A stretch of 64,000 nucleotides of DNA, from assembly GCF_036588685.1 (NCBI RefSeq), contig NC_086374.1, positions 40,796,001 through 40,860,000 of the forward strand, written 5' to 3'. Positions 12,977-25,505 of the stretch are shown here, piece after piece. The position numbers and the translations under genes are program-made. Source of the DNA: Mytilus trossulus. Its lineage: Eukaryota. The notes under the pieces were generated by a model. That model did not search any database. It saw only the letters and a program-made list of their open reading frames with translations, and was not told where the DNA came from. How positions within the stretch are numbered: position 1 is the first letter of the stretch; every line of letters starts with the position of its first letter.

Positions 12977-15887
12977 ATGGAAACGAATGAAAGCCTGGAA
13001 TTGAGATTACTCAAGAAGGTTATTAAAGATGGAAACTTTTCTGAGACAAAAAGATATATAACTCAAAAAACATCATTGAGTAGCTCAGGTATTTGTGAAG
13101 CCTTCTTTGAAACTATTAAATCAAAGCAGCAAAAAATATTTGAATATTTTGTTGAAGAAGTAGACTTACTAAATTTAAGGTATTCAGATGAGGAAGGCAG
13201 GAGAGCCCTTCATTATGCAGTAGAAGTTGGTAATCTGGATATGGTTAGGATACTCATGAAGCATGGGGCTCCTTTGAATTATTCAGACAACAAAGGGTAC
13301 CAAGCCATCCATATAGCAACTCAGAATGGAGACACTGAAATGTTAAATTTTTTGATCAGCCATGGTGCTAATGTGTCTAGTGCTAAGACATTAAAAGAAG
13401 GATACACACCTCTCCATATTGCAGCTTTGTGCAATCAGCCACAGGCTTTAGAGGTACTTGCTGATGGTGTTGGTTCTTTGAACGTTCAGACCAAGCGTCA
13501 GTGTGACTGTTTGACATCTTTACATTTAGCTACTAAGAATGAATATGTAGATATTGTCAAAATTCTTTGTGAAAAGGGGGCATGTTTGGATTTGGCTAAT
13601 TTAGATGGACGTTCACCGTTACATTATGCTGCTGACAGAGGTAATTTAGAAATACTCAAAATTTTATTAAACCATGGGGCATCTATTAAAATCAAAGATT
13701 CCAGTAGAAGAAGTATCTTGCAATATGCTGTTTTTTCAAAGTCACCAGAATGTGTTCAGTTGTTAATTGACAAAGGAGCTGATGTGAATAGTGCTGATTT
13801 ATCAAACCACACACCTTTAGTGTCAGCAGTAACAGTAGGATCAGCTGATATTGTGGAGATCCTTATAAAACATGGGGCTGATGTAAATGTAAGGCCAGGC
13901 CATGAGACCCCATTGCTATTAGCAGCTTCATCGGGGAATATTGATGTGGCTAGAAAGCTTATTTCTGCTGGTGCAAATCTAAAGGCTGTCAATCGTACAA
14001 GGGAAACAGTGCTACATAAATGTCAGAAAGTGCAAAGTAAGTTGTTTAATTGAATATAAAGCCTATACAGTCTTATGCAGATTTTTCAAATTGATTTATT
14101 CTAACATGCTCGTTTATACATGTATTTACTTAAAATCATATCAATTAATGTATTCAAACTTTGAAATTCATTGTTATGTACGCATGCTCTATTTGAATGT
14201 TAACATTATTGGACATTTAAAAAATATACCTCTTAATTATTTAATATTGAAAGAATTGATATTATATAAATTGTAATTAAGGTTCAAATATATAATATAC
14301 AGTTTATATGCATACATGTAGATAAACATGATATAAGAAGATGCGGAATGAGTGCCAATGAGACTCCATCCAAGTCACAATTTGTAAAAGAAAAACCATT
14401 ATAGGTCAAAGTATGGTCTTCAACTCAGAGCCTTGGCTCACAATTCATGTATATAGCTATATAGTAAGCTATGTAGGGCCCTTAAAATGACAAGTGTAAA
14501 ACCATTCACACAGAAAAACCAACAGTCTAATCTATTTACAAAACGAAAAAAGTATGTATATTTTTTACATTGTAAATCAACAGTATATGTTCATAATTTA
14601 TATTTTTATGGTAAGATCATTTGATGCATCAACATGTATTGTTGACATAAAATGTTTGAATATGTAGGGATGACTTTTTATTTTTATTTTTACATTTATT
14701 TAAAGAAGAAAAAAGAGATCAACTGATGGATTTACTAGTACAATCTGGTGCTGAGCTGAATGTGGTTGATGCACAAGGATTCACACCTTTACATACATGT
14801 GCATTCCAAACAGCACTGAATAACTTTGCTCTGTCTACTCTGAAGATACTGGTTGAAGCTGGGGCACACTTATCTATAAGAGAAAGGTAACTGAAGTTCA
14901 AAACTCTCTATTTTAATTGTTTCAGTATTATTTATAGATATGGGAATACATAATTAAAATATTTTCCATATCAATACATGTAATATAAATAGAAACAGTT
15001 AACTTACAGATCTCATCAAGTGTTAGATGATACAGGTCACACTTCAATCAATTGCCCTGTATTGTCAGGTGTTAGGCCACACATAAGGGTCCGTCCTTTA
15101 ATTTGCAAATGTCCTTTCCTAATATATAAAATTTAAATGACATGCAAGTCAACCTTTACAATCAAGTTTGACTCCTAGGAGATGATGCTATTGTGTATCT
15201 TAAAACACTTCTAACAGACTGTCACATTCTTCATTTAGGCTCTACTAGAAATGCTTTGAAATACCCAGGCCATGTTTACTTTAGAAACAAAAAATGTTAC
15301 TGTTCACACATAATTAAGAAGGTATGAGAGTATAAATTAAAAATGATAAAATGCAAAAATTTATGTTTCCCCCTCTAGATATTTTATGTTGGTTAATGTT
15401 ATTGTTGGGTTGCTGATTCATTACTGTATACCCCACATCTCCTTTTTTCATATAAACAAAAGCATTAAATACTGTGATCTAGTTGAATTATGCATGAACT
15501 TAAGCTCATTGCTGTAAGAACTGTTATTATTCTAACCTGATCTTTTCACTTGTTTTTGTTAGCTCTGGTGTAGCATCTCGACACTCTCCACTTTGTATGT
15601 TAGTATGGACAGGATATTTTGAGGCAGGCAAATATCTGATTAACAGTGGATGGAATCTTTACCCTGAAACATGGATGTATTTACCAGGGAAAACCCCTGA
15701 ACAAGACCAGTTTCACCAGTGGATGAGAGATATATGTAAAGAGCCACCATCATTAATAAGACTATGCAGAGCTTCCATAAGGTATCACTTCATTAGCAGA
15801 TGCACATTGGGATGTGAAATGTTGAGCTCTATATCAAAATTGGAGTTACCTAGGACTTTAAAAGACTATCTTATGCTGAAGGATTAA
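12977..15887 (+). CDS. Ankyrin repeat and SOCS box (ASB-like) protein, 521 aa
   Basis: Exons 12977-14036, 14706-14886 and 15563-15887 join in phase (1566 nt). About 10 ankyrin repeats (GxTPLH.A pattern) and a C-terminal SOCS box PPSLIRLCRASIR...LELPRTLKDYL. Acceptor ttcag at 12955; probable 5' UTR exon ending at 11254 (ACAG|gtaagc). Confidence 0.92.
14335..14550 (+). repeat. High-copy interspersed repeat (aagatgtggtatgattgccaatgagacaac family)
   Basis: Related copies at 24133-24365, 31478-31510 and 59078-59262. Confidence 0.7.
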
Positions 15888-17218
15888 CTCGGTTGTTATT
15901 ATCTTACAAGTTATAACTATTGTAAAAATAAGACTGATTATCACTTTTCAATGTAAACAGTGTAAAACAAAAGCAAATGTTTAATCAAATTATTGTTCCT
16001 TACTTTCACTTTGAAAGATCAAAATTTGTTTAAGGTTTGTGACGAGGAATTTCATAATCAAATTTGTCATAATTACTGTAAATTGTTTTTAAGAATCAGG
16101 TCTGACCCTCTGGAATTGAGATCAGCCACTTCGAAGGATATTTGGTACATATAATTAAGGTGTAAATATTGTATTTGTCTGTCTGACAAGACTTGTATCA
16201 TAAACTCATCATACATACCAGGATTAAATTTTGTATTTACACCAGACTACATAAGACTCATCATTGATTCTCTAATCCAAAATAGTTAAAAAGGCCAAAT
16301 GAAGTTCAGAGTTAAGGACCAAAATTCCTAAAAGCTACATTGTATGCCAAATACAGCTAAAGTAATCTATTCCTGAGGTAGAAAAGCCTTATTATTTGAA
16401 AAATTCTAAATGCTTGTAAATAGTTAATTTATAAATATGATCATATCAATATATAATAATTCATGTCAGCACAGAATATGGTCTTGACCTCCAGATAGTC
16501 ATTGTGGTTAGCTTATGAATCCTTACAAAAATCAGCATACAAAAATATCCATGACCTGTCGTGCAACAAGGGTTATTGAGGAACAATTAAACCAAATCCT
16601 TAAAATTTAATCATAAGTTTATTTGACCACTAGTACTGTATCATGGAAATAAGGTAAAAGTCATATGGCAGATAAACATATACTTCTATTTCAAGATATC
16701 TGAAATTGATTTGTTTATTTGATCTTGACCTCAGTTTCAGAATTTTTTGACCTTTTAACTAATTCAAGTATTAGAGCAAGAGGGACATTTTAGTGTGTCC
16801 GCTCCTGTTTTTTGTTGCCTTGTCATATTTCTTAAAACTCATAACGTAACATTGTTATTCCTTTTGGTGGAAGTTTATCAAGTACAATATATTACCGATA
16901 TGTATGAACAAACCTACTTATTATGTAACCGAAAATAGCTTTGCTATTTACGGTAAAGGTTTGCTTTTTTGTCTTATAAATCTTTTAACACCATTTGTAT
17001 TTATCAATTTTTTACATGTTATTTATTGATATTAATTTTATGGCCTATTGTTTGTTATCAATTGCTTGTTAGTGCATTTTCCTAGTCAGCTTACATTGAA
17101 TTAATTTTTATTTCAACTACGCACCAGAAAAATTGAAAGATGGTGTCTTTAACTGAAGTGAGGGAAAAACTGTTGCAGATAGATTTTTGGGACCAAGTGT
17201 ACAGTTTGTGAATAGTGT

Positions 17219-17398
17219 TGTGGATTCATAATTATTCATTGAATACCAATTTTCTTGAGTTGGTACAGATGAACCATGAATTTGAATATTCAACAAACTT
17301 CAATTTTCTTTATGAATGTATGCATAAATCAAATATCTAAGAAAATTTAATTTCTTCTCAATCCACGAAAATTGGTATCGAAAAAAAGAGTGAATCCA
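17219..17398. mobile_element. MITE with tgtggattca...tgaatcca terminal inverted repeats
   Basis: TIRs visible; second copy at about 52905-53100. Confidence 0.6.
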
Positions 17399-20300
17399 TA
17401 TTAGATTGGTAATATGTTTAATGCTACATCAGGGTGTATTCCTTTATTCAAGTTGTTGCCTTTTTTATATATATTTAATTGATAATTCATACCAATTTAT
17501 TTTAGTTTTCCTTTATCTTTTAATGTTTTATTTATTTATTTATTTATTCATTATATTAAAATATATAAAACTTTAGTCTATAAATGAGATTTTCATTGTA
17601 TTAACTGTCTATTTCAAAGACTTAATTCTTTCTATTTTAAATTTGCGTTGTGAGCTTACTTTATAAAAATAAGTAGAAAACAACTGTATGGCTTCAACAA
17701 TAATCAAAATAAATACTGGACAGTTAATAATTAAAAAAACAAATATGAAAGACAAAGACCACTGAAAAACAGGTTGAAATTATATGGTTGTATGTTGTTG
17801 ATGTATATCAAACAGTCACATAGACAATATGGTAGAGCTGGGTTATACTCACAGTGGACACTAAGACAGTGAAGAAACTAAATATCAGTTGAAAAGGGCT
17901 GAAGTTATCAGATTGGCTTGAAATGCAAAATACATGATTTACCTATCTAAAAGTACTCACAGTTAATGAAAACTACTAGTAGTTTAAAGCATAAAAAATG
18001 CATGTACAACCTGCTGTCCAGTGTACTTACATAGGAACATCAACATTTTGGTTTTTGTACATAATCATTTTAGCAATAGGGAATACCTTTACCAAATTTG
18101 GACTGCTAATGCTCAATGGCTAGAGAAAGAATTGTAGTGACTTAGGGGTAAAAGGTCAAGTTAGGCCAGCTATTGATAGACAGAAATTTTAGAGATTATT
18201 ATTTTTCTCAAGAAATCATCTTTTGAATCCTATGTGTTACAAATGAAAGTTTACCATAGATGTATGAGTTTACAGATCTTGGTTTGATATTGTCTATGAG
18301 TTTAGAAAGACCAATTTTGCTATCATATATGAAAGGTCAGAGGCAGTGCATTAATCTAGTTTGTTGAAATTTTAATTTTTTATTTATTATAATAGGTGTG
18401 ATCTTTGAACTGTATGTCCAATTATTACAAAACTTTGTTGGATAATGTCTCGTAGTGTTGGAACAAACCCCATCAATTAATGTTAATGGGATAGTAGATC
18501 AACAAAGGTCAACTAAGCTTTTATTATATGGACACGGACAAAATAAGGGTTTCTGTATATTAATTGTAAATTGTATGTCAAAATTTACCAACAGTGGTTT
18601 CTTTATACCTCAATAGGATTTTTGGGCCAAAGATTTGGGACTCAATAATTTTGTCAATTTGGGAAACAGTTTGGTGTCTATACGTTTTCTTTTGGACCAA
18701 ACTTTTACCAAACTAAGCTGGAGATTGCCATTTCAAAATAATCTACCTGTTCAATAATTGGTAGATTATTGGTCAAGCGCTTAGTACATATAACTTTACA
18801 AGGAAAATAAAGAAAAAATATGTTTCATGACAATATATTTGCGTCATATATCGGATCTTTCCCGATCTTTGGTGGATAATGCATTTTATAAACTTGTACC
18901 GTGACAGGATTCAATTTTTAAAATTACAGCTATTTTAACCAAAGGCGAAACTACAAAAATACTGGTATCCCGATGAAAGTTCCAAAACAGAAAGTCCCTA
19001 TAATCTAATAGCAAAGTTAAAAGCACAACTACATCAAACGAATAGACAAGTCAACAACGTCATATACCTGACTTGGTACAGGCATCTTCTTATGTAGAAA
19101 ATGATAAATTGAAACTGGTTTTATAGCTCTAAACCTCTCACTTGTATGACAGTTGCATCAAATTCCATTATATTGACAACGATGTGTGAATAAAAAAGCA
19201 GACATAATAGGTAAAAATGTCAAAATAGGGGTACAGCAGTCAACACTGTATCACAAGCTTAATCACAACAACAACAAACAATTAACAAAGGACCACATTA
19301 TTAATTCGTAGGAAGATGATACCCTTTGCGTAGTTCATCAGACAGCAAAGTCTTCTCTGGTAGTAAATCACAATTACAACCATCAATTAACATCAGAAGT
19401 ATCAACTAATTCGATAATAATGCCTATTTACATTAACAGTGCTTAAGGATCTGATCCATTGGTTTAGAGGTATATGACATGTAAATCACAATCACATCAA
19501 GCCAAACATGGACATTGGAGCAGTTGATGTTTTGTTATACCATGTATACCCATCCATAAAAAGCTGAAACATTGACTATTGTCTTTTGTTTTTGCTGCTA
19601 TGCTTTGTCATTTTGATTTTTCTTTGTTTACAAAATTGTTGGTGTTATGCCGATGAAGATTATTACACAATCATGAATGCTGTATATCTTTTGTTTTGTT
19701 TCCACATCGTTTTCAATTTAACTAAATCCACCGTTATATACATAAGAAGTATGACAGTTGTTATCCATTCGTTTGATGTGTTTTAGATTTGTTTTTGCCA
19801 TTTGAATACGGACTTTCTGTTTTTGATTTTCTTTGAAGCTCGGTGTAATTGTTATTTTACTTTTTACAATGACACCAATCAAAACATCTGAACTATTGAC
19901 TACCTTGGGAAGAATGCGACTTTTGACAGATGCCACTTATCAATAAAGAACTGAAATATTGAATAACTTGGAAAGGATGCCCCTATTAAGGACATCAGCA
20001 GGGTATTCATAGATAATTTATCAAGATGACAGCATTTCATAAAAAGTTGAAAAATTTAATACTTTGGAAAATATCACCTTTTAGAAATAAAGGCTACAGT
20101 AATATACCGCTGTTTAAAACTCCTAAACTGATTGAGAGCAAACAAACTAAAACCACCGAGGAAACACATCAACTCTAAGAGGAAAACAACGAAACGACAG
20201 AAACACTTAAGTACAACAAAAAACAAACGACAATGCAACATACATAGAAACGAACTATTAGATAAGAACTGCCATTTTCTGACTTGGTATAGAACATTTT

Positions 20301-21196
20301 AAGAAAACAATGTGGATTGAACCTGGTGTTGTGGCTAGCCAAACCTCGCGCTTTTATTGCAATGTTAAATATACCGCTAAAATGACAACATATGTGACAT
20401 GACAGAAATACAGTACAAATAAAATGCAATAACATTCATAAAACAGTACATCTGCAGTGTATCCACTATTTGTATTTGTAAATCTCATCCGTAAATATGT
20501 AAAATATTGATTACATATTAAACGATGCCCCTTTTTGATCTTCGTTTAGTATAGGCAATACTGGTACGTAAGTGAATATGATTTATAGCTTACAACACAT
20601 TATTCCATCATAATATTTTGAAACTAATTACTATTTTGTGTTTTTCTTTCAACCTTTGTATGTTTGATTTTCAACGAATATTATATGAAGCCTACTACAT
20701 ATACCAAAAACAATACACAACAGCTATTTAACGATATGTAAAGCATATGATAAATTTCACATGTTGACGGTGGCACTCATTGATCCATACGACTGCATGT
20801 TAAAGTGTTATTATTAAATTTAATAATGATCATTCATTGTATCTATCTTGTTACACAAAAAAGGCTTATCACAATAGTATTAATTTCATTACTTTTAAAA
20901 AATAACCGTGTATTTCAGTTAAATAATGTAAATATCAAGAATACATTATAATCATTTATCAATAATCGAACTTGAAGAAGTGGAACTTGTGGAATCATTC
21001 ATATGAAGAATTGTTAACATTTCACGTTTTAAAGTTGATTATTTATGAGTTTTAATGTTTTAGAATAACAACTTAACAAAATGTTCAGATAGATGTAAAA
21101 AAATACATTGGAAATGTTGGTTTCGTGGAATTCAAAGGACAATTGTACTGACGGGATTTCAATTATAAGGGAATATTTCAAATTATTATTCAAAAA

Positions 21197-21859
21197 ATGC
21201 CTATAATATTTCGTCCGAATAAAGTTGGATCAGAACCTGATTCCAGTGCCATTCCGGAAAATTGTACTGCGCAGTTAATGCATTATTTTGACTGTGTTTG
21301 CTCAGTATTAGATTTAGACTTTATAGAATACAACATTCAGAAACTTAGATCTTACAGAAGTTATTACAATTTGACCGACGGTGAAAAAAGAACGCTCTTC
21401 ATGTTATGTGGATTATTTTCAGTAGACGTTATGCGAGATAAATGTATTATCGAGAACGAGGCTTTGTGTGATGATGAACATGTGAAGTTCTTTTCGTTGC
21501 TTGCTGTTAAGACAATCGTAGAGCCAATCAAATACATTGAAATAGGTGAACTTCAGATCAAGGTAATACAAATAATGTTCTATAAAGAAAGTTGGATAAA
21601 GAAATTTTATCATAAACCTATGGAATACTTTCATGCATTATATTCTCATCTTAATGAACATCGAAAACCGGCAACTACTATTGACGCATCAATTGTAAGG
21701 ACGACTTCTTCCCCGGTTCAGCATAGCGATAGAAAAGATTTTATAGAAAGCACCAAGGGAAATAGCAGAGGTCACAAACACAAGGGATCTCTGTCATGGA
21801 AGAAAGCGAATGACACGTCTCGATCTCATACTTCGTGTTGCTCCTGTAGTATTCTATAG
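21197..21859 (+). CDS. Uncharacterised protein, 220 aa, intronless CDS, C-terminal CaaX (SCCSCSIL); paralog A
   Basis: Complete ATG-to-stop ORF. Aligns with 25506..26192 (NKVG/NRVG, IPENCTAQLMHYFDCVCSVL vs VPENPLARLMYYLNCMCTVL, IMFYKESWIKKFYHKPM vs IMFYNIAWLNRNYIEPM). Confidence 0.85.
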   Translation: MPIIFRPNKVGSEPDSSAIPENCTAQLMHYFDCVCSVLDLDFIEYNIQKLRSYRSYYNLTDGEKRTLFMLCGLFSVDVMRDKCIIENEALCDDEHVKFFSLLAVKTIVEPIKYIEIGELQIKVIQIMFYKESWIKKFYHKPMEYFHALYSHLNEHRKPATTIDASIVRTTSSPVQHSDRKDFIESTKGNSRGHKHKGSLSWKKANDTSRSHTSCCSCSIL

Positions 21860-22794
21860 AGAAGTTATAATTTATAATGAAAGGAACGATCAAAAACGCA
21901 GGACACTGCAAAATAATTATATAGACAGAATAATGAGAAAGGAGAATACTTTTCTAACTTTTATATTAAGAATAAGTTATTACAACGTATAAAATACCCA
22001 AGTTAGAATTAATGGCCAATAAATGAAATCCACACTGGCGTATCTTTTTAACTATTATGCTGAATAGTCAGCGGTTAACGGCGTCAAATGTTTATCTTGG
22101 TATAAATAAAGGCAACAGTAGTATACCGCTGTTCGAAAGTCATAAATATGTTTGTAGTTGTTCTATATCCTAGATAGATCTACTCTTAAAAATATTCATG
22201 TAGTTGCCATGGTTATTTCTGGAGATTTTCGATTGGCTGAAAGTTTATAATTTTATATTATGAGCTCCTTTATGTTAGGAAAGCCGTTTAAAACAACATG
22301 GAATAACCTCTTAATTTTGAAGCTTCAAACGTGCGTTGTTGTCTCGATCCAATGAACTTATAGCAAAAACAGGTACGCACTGAAATAATACTAATAGGAT
22401 TAACACAGTCAATGATTCAGAATCTTGATCAGTTACCTAACAATTGACGAAATTCTTGAGCAAACAAATATAAAGTAGTATGTTTTATGCTTCCTGTTTC
22501 ACTGAGTTCAAAATTAAAAAAGAAAAAAATATATAACAGTTAAAATTTAAATTACTTGTATTTCAATTTGATTTAAAATAATTTAAAATAATTTGACAGA
22601 TAAAATCTGAGGTATTTTAAATGCAATATAATAAATTAGAAATGAAATATTTTGACGGGATTGAATTGGCAAAGTCCCAAAAGAAGGTATCGAAGATTAC
22701 TTGGAAGTTGTACACTTTAATGAGTAAAACCAACTTCCTGTTTTAATATTACAATGTGATGATATAGTGAAATCAAACTTTCGAAAACACAACC

Positions 22795-23465
22795 TGGCAC
22801 TGCATGGTGTCGAATCGAAAAAGAGTCGGTATAGAAAAAAATACAACAGCTGAATTCCATCAACTATTTGAACTGTATGTGACTGTATGTTCTCAGTTTA
22901 CACGAACCAAATATGAGTAAAAGAATGAACTTTTGCCGCCAAGAGTCAAACAGTCATAAATGACTACCGTAAGCGTCACATAAAATTTTATTGTGATTTC
23001 TCTGAGGTCAAAAATAAATATCTGTTACCGTTATTTTTGGAAAAAAATAAATGTCATTGATCAATTAAAATCAGTCGATTCCTTTTATCGTCATCAAAGA
23101 AATTTAATCATCATGCACCAAAAATTACCGTTAACCATATTTGTCAAATTGTTTTACAGTTTTTGTCATGACGGTAACCCCTATTGCAACCTTCAAATAT
23201 TATGAGACTGTAGTATTGTTTTCGAACTCGGTGACGAGGAAAATGTTTTGCTATTACTTCTATGTGCAAAATTAAGTCATATGTGGCACAAAAAGGCAGA
23301 ATCATTTTCATAATGAGGACGTTCGATGACGTGACACATGTGTTTTTCAACATAAATACAGAAACATTGACATTTGCAGCATCAGCGTCAGTCATAGAAG
23401 AGAAGAAAAATGTGGCAGTAAAAAATATAATATTTCGCAGTATGGCATGGTTAAATCGATATTGA
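22795..23465 (+). pseudogene. Pseudogene of the same CaaX-protein family, closest to paralog B
   Basis: Nucleotide similarity to about 25506-25925. Start region altered, deletions and frameshifts, an insertion of about 280 bp at 22915-23193, and no C-terminal tail. ORF-track 23262..23465 retains FFNINTETLTFAASASVI...AWLNR. Confidence 0.85.
22915..23193. mobile_element. Short transposon insertion with target-site duplication
   Basis: caaatat duplicated at 22908-22914 and 23194-23200. The intact paralog has the empty site ccaaatattatgagact. Confidence 0.75.
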
Positions 23466-24549
23466 CTTTTGCATTTTTGTTTTTGATTACGAATTTATCA
23501 GCTCGAATATCAGATGTTCTTGCTGATATAGTCAGTAACAAGACAAAAAAATGTCAGTATTCTATATTTTTTTGTAGAGCCTTTCCAATAAAGCCCAAAT
23601 AGAACGACGGTTTAAGGGTAGAATAGGTTACTTAGGAAGTGACTTTTGAATGGTCAGAGGATGACCTTGTGCTAATGATCTTGAATTTGTATCTGTGGAG
23701 CGTAAGGCATTGGATGTATTATTTCATTCTTAGGAACTTATTTGCGGTATTTACGCCATTTCATTTCCACATTAGCGAATGCTTAGTTCTTCGGCTTTTA
23801 CGATTACACATATTCTTATCGAGTTCTTGAAGTTTAAATGCATGTTAAAATTGGACGTATTATTGTCCCTTTTTGACATTTCAAATTATTTAAAAAAACG
23901 TGATATTCAAATTATGTAATTTCCATACACTAGTTGAAATAAGATTATAAATGTTTCTCGTGTATACATTATAATTTACAGTAGAATAAAAGAGCGTCTT
24001 TAATAACAACATATTTTACCGTTCGAATTGATGATCATTTTATTATCTAGGTTTGCACGATAATGAGTTCCCTGTAATAACATGACCATATGGATCGTTT
24101 CTATGTTATTTCTTTTTCCAAGTCAATGTCACAAAGAAGTTGTGGTATGATTGCCAATATGACAACTGTCCACAAGACCCCAAATGACACAGACATTAAA
24201 AACTATAGGTCACCGTACGGCTTCCCACAATGATCAAAGCGAATTGCATATTGTCAGATATAAAAGGCCCAAATAGACAAATATAAAACAATTCACACGA
24301 GAAAACTAATGGCCTAATTTATGGACATAAAAAAGATAACGAAAAACAAATATGTAAAACATGAACAGTTTATTTTCTATCTATAACTTTGAATGTCCCT
24401 CTGGTATCTTTCGCCGCTGTTCTTAACTGCGAAGTTTTACTTACTCGTGTTGAAGGAGAATTATGTTCCGTAAAGGCGACAAATGTAAAACTAATAATAA
24501 TGTATTTATTGATGACATTTTGGATGCTTTTGTGCTAAAACTGTTTTGG

Positions 24550-24661
24550 TTTGTGCCAGTAGTTTTCAAAATACCTAGCATCGTTTGTGCCAGTAGTTTT
24601 CAAAATACCTAGCATCGTTTGTGCCAGTAGTTTTCAAAATACATAGCATCATTTGCGCCAG
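24550..24661. repeat. 34-bp tandem repeat, about 3.3 copies
   Basis: tttgtgccagtagttttcaaaatacctagcatcg at 24550, 24584 and 24618; partial copy at 24652. Confidence 0.9.
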
Positions 24662-25374
24662 AGTTTAAGTTTTACGATTACATAATTCGTTAATAAAATC
24701 TTATTTTTATTTACACTCGAGATGTAATTTTTAAAAAGATGATTCGTTAAAGAAGCCATTGGAGGCCGATATGGGAGTCTCGGGAGGATACCATGGCCAA
24801 TATTGAAAAGGGTTGTTATAATCTATTTATCATTTGCCATTTGATTAGAGATTTTCCGTTTTGAATTTTCCTCTGCGTTCGATGTTTTTGTGATTTTACT
24901 TTTTATATGGTAGGTTTAGAAACAACGAACAAAGACAATTGAAACCACAAAGATGGAATAACAACTTTTTGGTTATACAATTTCGCGTATGTATGTTTTT
25001 GTCTCTAGTAGTGGATCCGATAACGAAATTCGAACAAACACACGTGTTATCAAAATAATAGGATCAACCAAGTCAAAACTGTTACTTATGATAAATAAAT
25101 AAAAAGTTAAATAAAAAACATAACAAATAGCAATATCAACTTATTACTATTTAAATAAGGTTGTTTGGTTTTAAATATCCTGTTTACTCGAATTTAAAAT
25201 TTTAGAAGGCAAAATATAATAGTTATACCTAGACAAATTATCTTTGGAAATTTACACTATTTTAATTTGATTTAAATGAATATGATATATATTTTTAAAT
25301 AAGGTCTAGAGTATTTTAAACGCAATTTGATAAACAATAAAAGATAAAATTTGACATGTTTGATATATTAAACT

Positions 25375-25490
25375 GGCATATTTCCAAAACTCTATGGAAG
25401 ATTACTTAGAAGTTGTACACCCCACTAGGCAAACTTCCTGTTTCAATTTTAAAATTTGAAGAATTAGACATTGTGAAACTGAACGTTAAA
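25375..25490 (+). promoter_or_regulatory. Putative promoter module shared between paralog B and the pseudogene
   Basis: gaagattactt(a/g)gaagttgtacac at 25397 and 22692; ETS-type acttcctg at 25433 and 22733. Both lie at the same spacing upstream of the CDS. Confidence 0.45.
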
Positions 25491-25505
25491 ACATAACCAT
25501 CTAAT

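Noticed and set aside
13756-13992. Antisense ORFs over real genes (also 4298, 4544, 14719, 21419, 25657, 25879)
   Set aside because: Shadows of the coding strand with no independent evidence.
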